Origin: a virus
DNA length: 64,000 nt
Reading direction: 5' to 3' (one strand)
IMG/VR virus record: IMGVR_UViG_3300009285_002455
Part shown: piece by piece, positions 48,708-58,869 of the stretch
How the letters are laid out: every line of letters starts with the position of its first letter
How positions within the stretch are numbered: the stretch's first letter is position 1
The notes under the pieces: model-generated
Told to the model about the DNA's origin: nothing
Seen by the model: only the letters and a program-made list of their open reading frames with translations
Database searches by the model: none
Made by a program: the position numbers and the translations under genes

Positions 48708-50027
48708 ATGGCAAATTTGGATTTAAACTCTATAATAAGACCCAACGTTACAAGGGATCTATACAGCGCTATAAATGCGGGGTACTTTGGTATTACAAAG
48801 GATTTGCCAGCCTATGTAAATGCTATAATACCCACTAATCTAAACTCAGTAATACATGGTTTTGATATAAGAGATTTACCAGCAACAATTAATGCTGTTT
48901 ATGGTCCCAACGACATACAATCCACAATAAACCCAATACCCTCCTTAGATCTAAAAAGTAGTATTTCTGGATTTAAAGCACTGAATGCTACCTATAATTT
49001 GCACTCTGTGATAGAAGGTTACTATACCTTTAATTTAACAAGTACAATAAAACCTATTATACCCAAAGATTTAAATTCATATATAAATTCTATTGGTAAA
49101 ACAACTGATCTGAGATCTTCTATAATACCTATGACCATACTAATGAGCAAGGTATTTAATGTGTCCTTGCTTGAATATAAAGAGTTACCTTCATTCATAA
49201 ATTGTGGTTGTAGACAATCTGGTTATAGTGATTTAAATTCCAATCTATATGCATTAATGAAACTGGACTTACAGAGTTACATCATAGGATGGTTCGGTGA
49301 CTACGCTAAAAATATTAGAGATTTGAAGTCTTATATAAATGCTGGAAGTGCTTTTGTAATAGATACATTAGATATTCATTTTAATGTGGAGAAGCCCCAT
49401 ACACAATTAAACTTAGTAGTAAATCCAAATAAAACCCTGTATAAAGTTATTGACATTTTGACGGCCGCTTTCTCAAATAAAGCATATGCTACATTAGGTG
49501 CATCTATTTATGGTCACCCAACTTCTAAAAATCTAAGCTCATATATTAATGCCCAAGTACAATCTAATTTTAATCCAACCCCTGAATGGATTAAACCCAA
49601 AACAACAGAGGTGTTTATAAATTTAACACGGTTTGAACAACGTTGGCAGCGATTTGTTGATTTAATGTTTGGTTCTGGCATTAACGGTGAACATTATTAT
49701 TTTTACGTTGCGGGCGATGAAAAAATATATAAAGTAGATAAGAATCAGCAATGGACCTTGTGGGTAACAGGCTATGACAAAGACCCTGATAATATGGTAG
49801 AGCGCATAAATATTAAACGTAAATTTATATTTAATTTAAGTAAATATAGTTCAATGGATCAAGCCATAAAAGACATGATGTCCAGAGTCGCAGAACCACG
49901 CGTAACTAATTTAAATACTTCCATAACAGGAATTCTACCGGTACACGCTGAGTTGACCTCAGAAATCCACCCCATAGTAAAATATACCTGGACAAAAAAT
50001 CTCAATAGTAATATAATAGCAAATTAA
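48708..50027 (+). CDS. repeat-rich putative fibre protein, last gene of the structural block
   Basis: About 20 copies of a 10-16 aa motif [DN]L-x-[SA]-x-I. Confidence 0.55.
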   Translation: MANLDLNSIIRPNVTRDLYSAINAGYFGITKDLPAYVNAIIPTNLNSVIHGFDIRDLPATINAVYGPNDIQSTINPIPSLDLKSSISGFKALNATYNLHSVIEGYYTFNLTSTIKPIIPKDLNSYINSIGKTTDLRSSIIPMTILMSKVFNVSLLEYKELPSFINCGCRQSGYSDLNSNLYALMKLDLQSYIIGWFGDYAKNIRDLKSYINAGSAFVIDTLDIHFNVEKPHTQLNLVVNPNKTLYKVIDILTAAFSNKAYATLGASIYGHPTSKNLSSYINAQVQSNFNPTPEWIKPKTTEVFINLTRFEQRWQRFVDLMFGSGINGEHYYFYVAGDEKIYKVDKNQQWTLWVTGYDKDPDNMVERINIKRKFIFNLSKYSSMDQAIKDMMSRVAEPRVTNLNTSITGILPVHAELTSEIHPIVKYTWTKNLNSNIIAN

Positions 50028-50056
50028 CAGCACATTAATTACTTTATATAAAATTA

Positions 50057-50085
50057 TTGACATAAAATAATAATAGTGGTATATT
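50057..50085 (+). promoter_or_regulatory. sigma70-type promoter P1
   Basis: TTGACA (50057) - 17 nt - TATATT (50080), with extended -10 TG and AT-rich upstream sequence. Confidence 0.75.
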
Positions 50086-50122
50086 TACAATAATTAATAC
50101 CTAAAACTAAAAATTATTTTTG

Positions 50123-50151
50123 TTGACAATGACGGTTTTAATTGTTATAGT
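50123..50151 (+). promoter_or_regulatory. sigma70-type promoter P2
   Basis: TTGACA (50123) - 17 nt - TATAGT (50146), with extended -10 TG. Lies upstream of the AAGGAG RBS of dnaN. Confidence 0.75.
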
Positions 50152-50208
50152 GTCATTACTATAATTATGGGGTAACAAGAATTAAACAATAGAATTAAAG
50201 GAGAAGTT

Positions 50209-51345
50209 ATGGAATTTTTTATTGAAACACAGGAACTACAAAAGATAGTTAACCAATTAGGTGTATCTGCAAAAGCAAACGCCACTGATAACTCTGGAAG
50301 GATTTTAGTGGAAGTGTCAAAGTCTGAGGGTGTTTTATTCACAGTGGTCGGCCCGTCCACGTCACTAACTATTGTCGCCGAGAAAGTAGACATCATGGAA
50401 GAAGGATCGGTAGCACTTCTTTATAGTAAATTGAAGTCTTCTATAAACCCTTTTATTTCATGGGACGGTGAAACAGGAACAAAAGGTTTTCAATTTAAAT
50501 TAACCGGGTCTGACTTAATTGTCAAAGTTAAGACTGTACACATCGGTGGTAAGGCCTCCTCTGGTAGAATCAAATTTGATACGTTTCAAACATATACAAT
50601 TGCTAAACCAGCGGCATTTAACGATGCAACTTTTACACTAAATTCTAATATGCTAAAAACAGCAATTGGTAAAGTATTGTACTCAATAAATCCCGCAGAA
50701 AGCAGAATACCTTTACGTGGTATGTGCCTTACATTCAGCGACAATAAAATTGCTTTTGCTGGTACAGATGGTATGCGATTGTCAGAATATATAACTGATA
50801 ACACAACTAAAATTTCAGAAGGCACTTATATAATAAGCCATGATTATATTATGGGCATCAGACGCCTTCTTTCAGAAGAAACACATATAGCTTTTGCAAT
50901 TAATGATGGTAAAATAGCAACTAAGTTCGATAACATAACATATTGGGGCAAACTAATAATAGGACACGATTATCCAATATATGAAAAAGAATTTGCAAAA
51001 TTTAACCATACATTGCTTATAAATAAAGAAGTTCTCATGAATAGTTTACGACCTTTCATGGGAATCTTAAATGCTGAAGATCACAACAGGTTAACCTTAG
51101 ATATTAATGATCATAAATTAACTTTATATAATGACTACGCCAATTTTGTTTGCGCAGAAGAATTAGAGGTAGACGCTAATTTATCAATAGATTTAAATGG
51201 TGTGTTTATAGCACAAACCATAGATGCTATAAATGATGATAAGTTGCTGCTAAAATTTTCAAATGCTAAGGGGTCGTTAATTATAGATGGCGGTACTTTT
51301 GGGGATCAGAAATCCTTAGTTACTTATATAGAAAAAAGGACTTAA
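50209..51345 (+). CDS. dnaN: DNA polymerase III beta sliding clamp
   Basis: 378 aa, three-domain clamp pattern (LKTAIGKVLYSI...PLRGMCL...FAGTDGMRLS...LIIGHDYPIY...IDLNGVFIAQTIDAI). Confidence 0.88.
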   Translation: MEFFIETQELQKIVNQLGVSAKANATDNSGRILVEVSKSEGVLFTVVGPSTSLTIVAEKVDIMEEGSVALLYSKLKSSINPFISWDGETGTKGFQFKLTGSDLIVKVKTVHIGGKASSGRIKFDTFQTYTIAKPAAFNDATFTLNSNMLKTAIGKVLYSINPAESRIPLRGMCLTFSDNKIAFAGTDGMRLSEYITDNTTKISEGTYIISHDYIMGIRRLLSEETHIAFAINDGKIATKFDNITYWGKLIIGHDYPIYEKEFAKFNHTLLINKEVLMNSLRPFMGILNAEDHNRLTLDINDHKLTLYNDYANFVCAEELEVDANLSIDLNGVFIAQTIDAINDDKLLLKFSNAKGSLIIDGGTFGDQKSLVTYIEKRT

Positions 51346-51347
51346 TT

Positions 51348-51935
51348 ATGGACGAGCTACTTAATAATCTAAATAATTCTTTAATTGACTATGCTCAAAA
51401 TGATTTTTTATCATCAACTGAAATTAAGCTAGACAAAATATTGAACTGTTGCATTGCGCTGCTCCGTGCTAATGGGTATAAAGTAGCATCACCAGAGTTA
51501 AAAAAAGACTTAAAAATTAGTACTTACAAAGATTTACTGCAATATTTTAATAATCTGGTAGCTATACACTATGGTCCAGAGTTTGTATATTATAGAAATG
51601 ATAGACATATAGCTGGACCTATAAAGAATTTTATTAATAAACGCATGAAAACAACAGGTTTAAGTCTTAAAGCTGCTAAACAAGAGTGCGCTCTAATAAT
51701 AGAAGTTCTTTTTGATAATCTAAATGAGTTTAATTTCAAAACCCCACCAAGCGTATCAATTTTTGATAATGCAAAATGTTCATGGATTATAGATAAAGTG
51801 CTTGGTATTATAAACAACAAAGTAATGAAAACAAGTGCTGATGAGTACATGCGTTTAGTAGATTCTGTTGGTAATTCTTATGAACAAGGCAGCGGTTTAT
51901 TAGATCTGGATGCTTTATTGGCTGATGCTGATTAA
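51348..51935 (+). CDS. hypothetical protein (replication module)
   Basis: 195-aa helical ORF between dnaN and recA. Confidence 0.6.
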   Translation: MDELLNNLNNSLIDYAQNDFLSSTEIKLDKILNCCIALLRANGYKVASPELKKDLKISTYKDLLQYFNNLVAIHYGPEFVYYRNDRHIAGPIKNFINKRMKTTGLSLKAAKQECALIIEVLFDNLNEFNFKTPPSVSIFDNAKCSWIIDKVLGIINNKVMKTSADEYMRLVDSVGNSYEQGSGLLDLDALLADAD

Positions 51936-51947
51936 GGAGATATATTT

Positions 51948-52988
51948 ATGGCAAGTAAAAAAGCAGTTGTAGAGGAAAAAACACCAAGTTCCTTAGACGT
52001 AGCTAGAAAAGCTATACAGAAAAAATATGGTGATGTAATAACAACTATGGGTGAAAAAAGTGATGCCCCTCCCCCTACAATTTCTACCGGTAGTTTAGGT
52101 TTAGACAGTGCTTTGGGTTGTGGCGGGTTTGTTAAAGGACGTGTGTATGAAGTCTATGGTCATCCGTCGGGCGGCAAAACTACCTTGACTATGAGCATAA
52201 TTGCTCAGGCACAAAAACGTGGTATGACTTGTTGTTTTGTAGACGCGGAAAGAGCAGCAGATCCTAAGCTATTTAAAGCTATGGGGGTAGACATAAATAA
52301 GTTAATTGTTGTTGAGGCCTTTACTGGTGATGAAAATTTAGATGTTTTAGAAAGTCTAATTAGAACCGGTGAGATAGACGTAGCGGTGGTAGACAGTGTT
52401 TCTGCCCTAATACCCAAAGCGGAGGCTACCGCGGATATGGAAGATCAGTTTATGGGTTTATTAGCGCGTCTTATGAGTAAGGCCATGCGCAAGTTCGTTC
52501 CCCTGGCCGGCGAAACAGATACTTTATTGATATTTATCAATCAAGTTAGGAATAAGATCGGGGCATACGGTGATCCTGAGACTACAACAGGTGGTGTAGC
52601 ATTAGATTTTAGTGCCACCGGTAGAATAAAGGTTTCTGGCGGTGAAGCAAAATCATCTCGTATAGAAGATGCCTCCGGGGAAGTTATAGGTCACCACACT
52701 TCTTTTTTAATAAAAAAGAATAAGTTTGGTAAGCCTTATAGAAAGGCAATGGTTCCTTTAATCTATGGAGTTGGTTATGACATATATTGGGAGTGTCTAA
52801 ATTTAGCATTAGATTTAGGTATTTTAGAACGGGCCGGCGCATGGTATAAGTATAATGGCAACAATATTGGTCAAGGTGAAATAAATGCTTTGGCTTTTTT
52901 AAGAGAAAATGAAATTGTGTTTAATGAAATACGTGATTGCATTATAATTGCGTTAGGGTTAAATGTGTACTATGAGCAAAATAGCTGA
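51948..52988 (+). CDS. recA: RecA/UvsX recombinase
   Basis: ISTGSLGLDSALGCGGFVKGRVYEVYG; Walker A GHPSGGKTT; VVDSVSALIPKAE; LLIFINQVRNKIG; GAWYKY. Confidence 0.96.
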   Translation: MASKKAVVEEKTPSSLDVARKAIQKKYGDVITTMGEKSDAPPPTISTGSLGLDSALGCGGFVKGRVYEVYGHPSGGKTTLTMSIIAQAQKRGMTCCFVDAERAADPKLFKAMGVDINKLIVVEAFTGDENLDVLESLIRTGEIDVAVVDSVSALIPKAEATADMEDQFMGLLARLMSKAMRKFVPLAGETDTLLIFINQVRNKIGAYGDPETTTGGVALDFSATGRIKVSGGEAKSSRIEDASGEVIGHHTSFLIKKNKFGKPYRKAMVPLIYGVGYDIYWECLNLALDLGILERAGAWYKYNGNNIGQGEINALAFLRENEIVFNEIRDCIIIALGLNVYYEQNS

Positions 52989-53328
52989 CGACGTACATAG
53001 TGTGCTCAAACAATTGTTCCCTTATGATGATGTGGTGTCTGAACATTATGTCTATTATAAGGGAACACGCTTATTTTTTGATTTTTATTTAAGGAAACTA
53101 AGTATATTATTTGAAGTTCAGGGCGCACAGCACACTAAATACATACGCCATTTTCATGGTAGTGTTGAAATGTTTAGGGAGCAGAAGCGTAGAGATAATC
53201 TTAAATTAGAGTACGTAGCCAACACACCGCCCTTGACATTAGTATACTTTTATGATAAACTGGATAAAATAACAAAAGAGTTAGTAATGCAACGTATATA
53301 TAAAGCACAGCAGGGGGTAACTAAATGA
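52972..53328 (+). CDS. restriction-endonuclease-like (DUF559/Vsr-type) nuclease
   Basis: FDFYL...LFEVQGAQH...QKRRDNLK motif. ATG at 52972 or 52963. Confidence 0.55.
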   Translation: MSKIADDVHSVLKQLFPYDDVVSEHYVYYKGTRLFFDFYLRKLSILFEVQGAQHTKYIRHFHGSVEMFREQKRRDNLKLEYVANTPPLTLVYFYDKLDKITKELVMQRIYKAQQGVTK

Positions 53329-53588
53329 GTAATATTATAATCCCAGGAGATGTAAATCCATTAAAACGTGGTAAAGACTGTGAAGACTTCGTACCTCTAG
53401 ATGACGGTAGTCGTTCAGGGGATGCCAAATACTGTGATAAAAGTTTTGATTGTAGACAAATTGGTATGAAGTCTGATCGAGCTGAGATAGTAGATTTGAA
53501 ATCAGGCAAAGTAACTTCTATTGATTACCTATGTCAAGGGATATATCATAAAATGGGTGAAATGGACCCAGATGAACTTGCAAAATAA
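53325..53588 (+). CDS. hypothetical protein
   Basis: 87 aa, ATGA overlap with the upstream gene, four Cys. Confidence 0.55.
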   Translation: MSNIIIPGDVNPLKRGKDCEDFVPLDDGSRSGDAKYCDKSFDCRQIGMKSDRAEIVDLKSGKVTSIDYLCQGIYHKMGEMDPDELAK

Positions 53589-53605
53589 CTTAGGATAATT
53601 CTTTT

Positions 53606-54061
53606 ATGCAAAAAGATTTAAATGCCTCAACCCATATTAATGTAGATAAAGATTTTATAGATAGTATTTTTGCCTATAATGTACGTAATTTAGAAATTAC
53701 TGATAGTCTTATATTAAGTCAATATGTTATAGCTTTGTCACAATACTTAATATATTTTAAAAGCAAACTAAATGAAAATAAAGTTGAGATTCGCCGAAAG
53801 CAGCGTTTTATTGATAACACTATTAATCAGCTCTTAACAAAGGAATTAATAAAAGAATACAAGACTAAGAAAGATGCCTCCGCTTATTTAATAGATAACA
53901 CCGAAAATTTATATAAAATACAGGTTGAAATGGATGATCTTAAAGATCAAGAATTTTTATTGGATGGTGTTGATAAAACAATATCTGAATTAATAGCTTC
54001 ATTCAAAAGAGAACTAACCCGTCGGGAGAACGAACAATGGCAGACACGCAAGGAAAGATGA
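53606..54061 (+). CDS. coiled-coil protein, possibly UvsY-like recombination mediator
   Basis: 151 aa, all-helical. Size and pattern (TKKDASAYL...LYKIQ...LLDGVDKTI...FKRELTRRE) loosely recall T4 UvsY. Lies between recA and dnaB. Confidence 0.35.
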   Translation: MQKDLNASTHINVDKDFIDSIFAYNVRNLEITDSLILSQYVIALSQYLIYFKSKLNENKVEIRRKQRFIDNTINQLLTKELIKEYKTKKDASAYLIDNTENLYKIQVEMDDLKDQEFLLDGVDKTISELIASFKRELTRRENEQWQTRKER

Positions 54062-55476
54062 TGAGTTTACACGCCGCCAAAGAACATTTTTGTTCTTATA
54101 TGGATGAGCGCATTTTATTGTCATTGGCTATGAACAACATAGACTGTTTATATACATTAGAGTCCCGTTTAGATAAAACAGATTTTCTTAGTCCTGAACA
54201 TTCTACCCTATACACTATATTAAGATATATGGTTAGTAGTATGGATATAAAATCCTTTGATATTCCTGCTGTCATTGATTGTGCTAAAAATAATCAAGCA
54301 TTAGACATGCTTGGTGGTAGTAAATACTTATATGCGTTACATAGTATGGCTTTAAATCCTCAGAATTTAAATGCGCATATAGAAAAAGTTCTAGACGCTA
54401 GCGGTAAATACAAACTATATAGCAGTGTATGTCATGCTAACGATTTACTGATGGCTAATAATTCTCTGGCTGTAGATCTTGTAGCTAAAATTGAGGCTGA
54501 TATTTTAGACTTAGTAACAGGTCCTTCATTAAATGAACCACATGATTTAGCCGAAGGTGTGGTAGATTTCCTAGCAGATCGTAAAGAAAATCCTGTAACT
54601 CAAACTGGTTTAAGTACAGGCTTTCCCATTTTGGATAGACAGATCGATGGTTTAACTAATGGTGCTCTGCATGTGATCGCGGCTAGAAAGAAGATGGGTA
54701 AAAGTGCTTTTTTAGCCGCCATAGCCAGATATGTTGCTTTTACTTTAAAATTACCTGTCTTATATGTGGACACGGAGTTATCTTTTGAAGAATGGCGTAC
54801 ACGTAATATAGCAGGGCTTTCAAGGGTGGAAGAGCGTAAAATAAAACATGGTAGTTGGAATGACTCGGAAGGCATGTTATTGGACAAAGCTGGTCGTATC
54901 ATGGAAAAGAATAAATTATTTCATGTATACATGCCTGGGTATAGCGTTGATAAGCTTATAGCCTTATATAAAAAATTTAAATTAAAGCACAATATAGCTC
55001 TGGCAATTTTTGACTACATAAAAGAACCTGACTTAAAAAGCGTTAATGGGGAGCGTAAAGAGTATCAAATACTTGGTGATGTAACAACCAAATTAAAGGA
55101 TATGGCCGGGCAGCTTAACATACCAGTGTTAACCGCAGTGCAATTAAACAGAGCTGCCGATATAGCAGACAGTGATAAAATAGCACGTTACGCCGATATT
55201 GTAGCCTATTGGGACATGAGGGATCAAAAAATATTAGAACAGGAAAAAATTGAATTTGGCGAAGACAAAACTCGTGGTAATTTTAAATTGGTCATTAAAG
55301 ATACGCGAAGAGGCGGCGCCACCCCTGATGAAGGTATAACATACTTCTTTAAAAAACAAAATCTTGTAATTACAGAGACCTTAGCTCCTATGCAGCCAGT
55401 AGACTACACAAAAAATATAGTTAACTTTGGTTCAACCACCACAGGAAATATAAATGACGACGACACACTCGTTTGA
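54037..55476 (+). CDS. dnaB: replicative DNA helicase
   Basis: GLSTGFPILDRQIDGL; Walker A AARKKMGKS; AIFDYI; NIPVLTAVQLNR; IADSDKIARYAD. Confidence 0.93.
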   Translation: MADTQGKMMSLHAAKEHFCSYMDERILLSLAMNNIDCLYTLESRLDKTDFLSPEHSTLYTILRYMVSSMDIKSFDIPAVIDCAKNNQALDMLGGSKYLYALHSMALNPQNLNAHIEKVLDASGKYKLYSSVCHANDLLMANNSLAVDLVAKIEADILDLVTGPSLNEPHDLAEGVVDFLADRKENPVTQTGLSTGFPILDRQIDGLTNGALHVIAARKKMGKSAFLAAIARYVAFTLKLPVLYVDTELSFEEWRTRNIAGLSRVEERKIKHGSWNDSEGMLLDKAGRIMEKNKLFHVYMPGYSVDKLIALYKKFKLKHNIALAIFDYIKEPDLKSVNGERKEYQILGDVTTKLKDMAGQLNIPVLTAVQLNRAADIADSDKIARYADIVAYWDMRDQKILEQEKIEFGEDKTRGNFKLVIKDTRRGGATPDEGITYFFKKQNLVITETLAPMQPVDYTKNIVNFGSTTTGNINDDDTLV

Positions 55477-56497
55477 AAATAGTTTTAAAGATAAATTGCA
55501 GTATATTAAAGCAACAGTTGATCCACAATTTTTATTAGAACATTTAGGATTTAAAGTATTTAATAAAAATAGACATGAGCTACGCTGTGCCTGTAAAGTC
55601 CATGGTGGGGACAATGAAACTTCTTTTAGATTTAATCTGGAAACACGTACCTGGGTATGTTTTAGTCATAAATGTCATGATATTTATGGTAATGATATTA
55701 TAGGCTTAATTAAAGCAACCAACGGCTGTAATTTTATGGCCGCGGTAGAGTATTTAAAAAATATGGTTGGTGGTATTGATGACTTTGATACTAAAATAGT
55801 TGCTTATAAATACCGTAAGCAGCGAGAAGATCACACAGCAACTTTTTTTCCAGAAAGACATGTGCCTGCTATTGTATCCGAAAGTAACTTATTAAAATTT
55901 AAACAATTCAGATCTGATCGTTTCATAAAAGACGGTTTTAAACAAGAAACATTGGATTATTTTGAAATAGCAGGTGGCTATACTGATAAGAATGATCCGT
56001 ATATAAGAGACATAATTCCTATCAGAGATTCTGATGGTTACCTTGTAGCTTATAGTCTTAGAGATATACGTGATGACGTTAGCGACAATAAGAAAAAATA
56101 TAGGTTAACACCAGACTTTGATAAGGACAGTGTTTTATATAATTTAAACAATATTAAAGATTTATTGTTAATTAAACCTTTAATACTGGTTGAAGGTTTC
56201 AAAAGTGTTTGGCGTCTGTATGAGTATGGTATTCATAATGTAGCCGCTGTTATAGGATCTAGCGTTACTATTGGTCAATTAAATCTTATTATGTCTTTTG
56301 CTTACCAAGGCTGCGTGTTATTTTTTGATAATGACCCTGCGGGTATTCTATGTACTTCTAAGGCCTGTGAAGATTTAAATGGTAAAATAAAAGTCATCCC
56401 TCAATTTATAACAGAAATTGACGAAAAAGGTAAAGGGTTAGATCCATCAGATCTTACAAAAGAACAAGTACACACTTATTTAAATGGGTTATTTTAA
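55454..56497 (+). CDS. dnaG: DNA primase
   Basis: CHC2 zinc finger (CACKVHGGDNETSF...CFSHKC) and TOPRIM (LILVEGFKSV, FFDNDPAG). Confidence 0.9.
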   Translation: MTTTHSFENSFKDKLQYIKATVDPQFLLEHLGFKVFNKNRHELRCACKVHGGDNETSFRFNLETRTWVCFSHKCHDIYGNDIIGLIKATNGCNFMAAVEYLKNMVGGIDDFDTKIVAYKYRKQREDHTATFFPERHVPAIVSESNLLKFKQFRSDRFIKDGFKQETLDYFEIAGGYTDKNDPYIRDIIPIRDSDGYLVAYSLRDIRDDVSDNKKKYRLTPDFDKDSVLYNLNNIKDLLLIKPLILVEGFKSVWRLYEYGIHNVAAVIGSSVTIGQLNLIMSFAYQGCVLFFDNDPAGILCTSKACEDLNGKIKVIPQFITEIDEKGKGLDPSDLTKEQVHTYLNGLF

Positions 56498-56826
56498 TGG
56501 ATGCTTATATTGGGGAAAATTTTGTTAGTTTGGTGGGTAAGATAACTAAACCTAATTTTAAAGAATTAGACAATAATAACTTTATGTTTAAAGCCTCTTT
56601 GGCACTACCAGCAGCGGATAGCCCAGGTTATCAGTATATAAAAATCTGTGCTTGGGGTAGCATGGCTGAGGCTTTAAATGAAGTAGTGCCAAAAACGTTT
56701 GTAAAGATACATGGTCACATTGAAGAAAGTAGTTATAATGGACAATGTAGGCATTGTGGTGGTTTTGACAAGAAGTATTGGACAGAAGTTATAGTAGATA
56801 ATTTTATAGTATTAAAAGGAGATTAA
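56497..56826 (+). CDS. ssb: single-stranded DNA-binding protein (OB fold) with CxxC loop and no acidic tail
   Basis: NFVSLVGKI...IKICAWGSMAE...FVKIHGHIEESSY...KKYWTEVIVDNF matches the SSB/PriB OB pattern. Confidence 0.75.
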   Translation: MDAYIGENFVSLVGKITKPNFKELDNNNFMFKASLALPAADSPGYQYIKICAWGSMAEALNEVVPKTFVKIHGHIEESSYNGQCRHCGGFDKKYWTEVIVDNFIVLKGD

Positions 56827-56827
56827 T

Positions 56828-57226
56828 ATGGTAAATAGATTAGATGTAGATCCCATATCTTTGGTAGATTGGGCGGTAGAATCAAAACAAGTGGGTACGC
56901 CTACAATAGCTTTATTACCGGCAAGAAATTACTATTTCAAAGTTTATGGTAAGCATAAAATAACCATACCACGTAAAGGCAGTTATTATGAATTAGCACC
57001 AGATTTTTTTTCTGAATCTGATGGGGAATTTAATTTATTGGATGAAAAAAACGCTGTTATGTATCTACCAGCGATATCAAAAGTCCTTTTTGCTACGGCA
57101 CAATATCCCGATCTAAAAGAAGGTGAATTGTTTGCGCCAATAGCTTTAAAATTTAATGAGAGCACCGTGGATATTTATGGGCAAATTATCAGTATGTTAG
57201 CACCTACAGGAGGGGATCAATTATGA
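56828..57226 (+). CDS. hypothetical protein
   Basis: AAGGAG RBS, 132 aa. Confidence 0.6.
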   Translation: MVNRLDVDPISLVDWAVESKQVGTPTIALLPARNYYFKVYGKHKITIPRKGSYYELAPDFFSESDGEFNLLDEKNAVMYLPAISKVLFATAQYPDLKEGELFAPIALKFNESTVDIYGQIISMLAPTGGDQL

Positions 57227-57591
57227 GTTGTGTTAAATGCAATTATACAGGAGAAACAGTTTTTTTTAAAGAGGAGTATCCGTGTAAATGTGGTGATACT
57301 GTTATTGTTGACTACAATATATGTCCGGAATGTGGTAGTTTCTGGCGTAATTGCGGCGACACTCTTTTAGATGAGGTTGACATTATTGCTGATGTCGAAT
57401 TAAGAGACATGATGCTGGCAATAGAAGGTATTGAAACCCTTTTAGGATTAGATGAAGATATCCCAACCAACACCATGGCGGATTGTATAACTCGTTGTGT
57501 AAAATGTAATTCTGTTTCTTATAAAATGACTGAAAATAAATATAAATGTCCTGTTTGCTCTACTGAATGGGAGGTATTAGCAGGTGTCTAA
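57223..57591 (+). CDS. Zn-ribbon protein
   Basis: CVKC, CKC, CPEC, CVKC and CPVC motifs; 122 aa. Confidence 0.6.
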   Translation: MSCVKCNYTGETVFFKEEYPCKCGDTVIVDYNICPECGSFWRNCGDTLLDEVDIIADVELRDMMLAIEGIETLLGLDEDIPTNTMADCITRCVKCNSVSYKMTENKYKCPVCSTEWEVLAGV

Positions 57592-58333
57592 TCATTACAA
57601 AATATTAGGTGTTTCTAATGGAGCGACTACGGATGAAATTAAAAAAGCCTACCGTAAATTAGCTAAGTTACATCATCCTGATAAGAATCAAAATGACCCC
57701 ACAGCAGAGGAAAATTTTAAGCGTATAAACGAAGCTTATGAGATTTTATCAGATGAAAATAAACGACGTAATTACGACAATTCCCTTAATGGATATACTA
57801 ATGCTTTTGATATGCTGTTTAGAAACGCACGTCCTCAGCCAGACAGGCCTACACAAGGGCAAGATTTAAGATATGTCGTTGATATACCCTTGTATGCTTT
57901 TATATTAGGAGCGGAAAGATCCATACAAGTATCCTACCCTGATCCTTGCCCTGCGTGTAATGGTACAGGGGCCGCTAGTTTTGCTACATGTACTCCTTGT
58001 AATGGGGCTGGGCGTTTAACTAAAATACAAGAAGCTCAAGGTATGAGAATGCATTCAACTACTACATGTAATCACTGCCGTGGTAAAGGTAGAATTATTA
58101 AAGATCAATGTGTAACTTGTGATGGCCTTGGTATGACGATGGTGGATAATGTTGATATCCCTTTTGTTGTACCACCCGGCGCCAAAGATAAAGATATTGT
58201 AAAATTATATGGGCAAGGACCAAAAGGCACTTTTGGAGGGCCTGCTGGCAATATCTTTATTCAGCTGCGGATGAAACTGCCAAGCAAAGAAACGCTGACG
58301 GCAGAACAAGAGGAGGTTCTTAGATCTATATGA
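57584..58333 (+). CDS. dnaJ: DnaJ-like co-chaperone (short)
   Basis: J-domain with HPD motif (HHPDKN) and four CxxCxGxG repeats; one C-terminal domain only (249 aa); GTG start. Confidence 0.9.
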   Translation: MSNHYKILGVSNGATTDEIKKAYRKLAKLHHPDKNQNDPTAEENFKRINEAYEILSDENKRRNYDNSLNGYTNAFDMLFRNARPQPDRPTQGQDLRYVVDIPLYAFILGAERSIQVSYPDPCPACNGTGAASFATCTPCNGAGRLTKIQEAQGMRMHSTTTCNHCRGKGRIIKDQCVTCDGLGMTMVDNVDIPFVVPPGAKDKDIVKLYGQGPKGTFGGPAGNIFIQLRMKLPSKETLTAEQEEVLRSI

Positions 58334-58869
58334 ATATACTAAGCTTGGATGTTTCCGCCGCCTCCACTGGTTGGTGTGTATTGCAGGACACAGGTATATA
58401 TTTTGGGGTCATAAAAACAAACGCTAAATTGCAAAATACAGAAAGATTGTTGACATTTAAAACAGAATTGTGTAAAATATTAAAAACGTATAAACCTACA
58501 AACATAGTTATTGAAGACATATTTGTAGGACTTAATGCTTCTACTATAAAAGTGCTTGCTGAATTTGCCGGTGTTGCTAAACTTACATGTAAAGAGGTGG
58601 TTAATATAGTACCATACATAATAAGTACCAATACGGTAAAAGCCTACTATAAAGCTAAAAAGAAAGAAATGATTTTTAATTTTATGCTGGATATTTTAGA
58701 ACAGCATTGGGAATATAAACACTATAATGACATAGTAGATGCCTTAGCACAAGTCATATGCTATACTGATATAGTACTTAATCTTAAAGCATTTAGATTT
58801 ACGGAAGAGTATGGTTATTTTTATAAAATTGAAGATCCTCTTCACAATCATTTAATTCGGGGTGTATAA
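58330..58869 (+). CDS. ruvC: RuvC-like Holliday junction resolvase
   Basis: [25 protein letters not shown] and DIVDALA catalytic pattern. Confidence 0.82.
   Translation: MNILSLDVSAASTGWCVLQDTGIYFGVIKTNAKLQNTERLLTFKTELCKILKTYKPTNIVIEDIFVGLNASTIKVLAEFAGVAKLTCKEVVNIVPYIISTNTVKAYYKAKKKEMIFNFMLDILEQHWEYKHYNDIVDALAQVICYTDIVLNLKAFRFTEEYGYFYKIEDPLHNHLIRGV

Noticed and set aside
50028-50208. tRNA or other structured RNA in the main intergenic gap
   Set aside because: The region is very AT-rich with no cloverleaf or T-loop motif and is explained by two promoters.
51948-56497. inteins in RecA, DnaB or DnaG
   Set aside because: Protein lengths are ordinary, conserved motifs are contiguous, and no intein-like blocks are seen.
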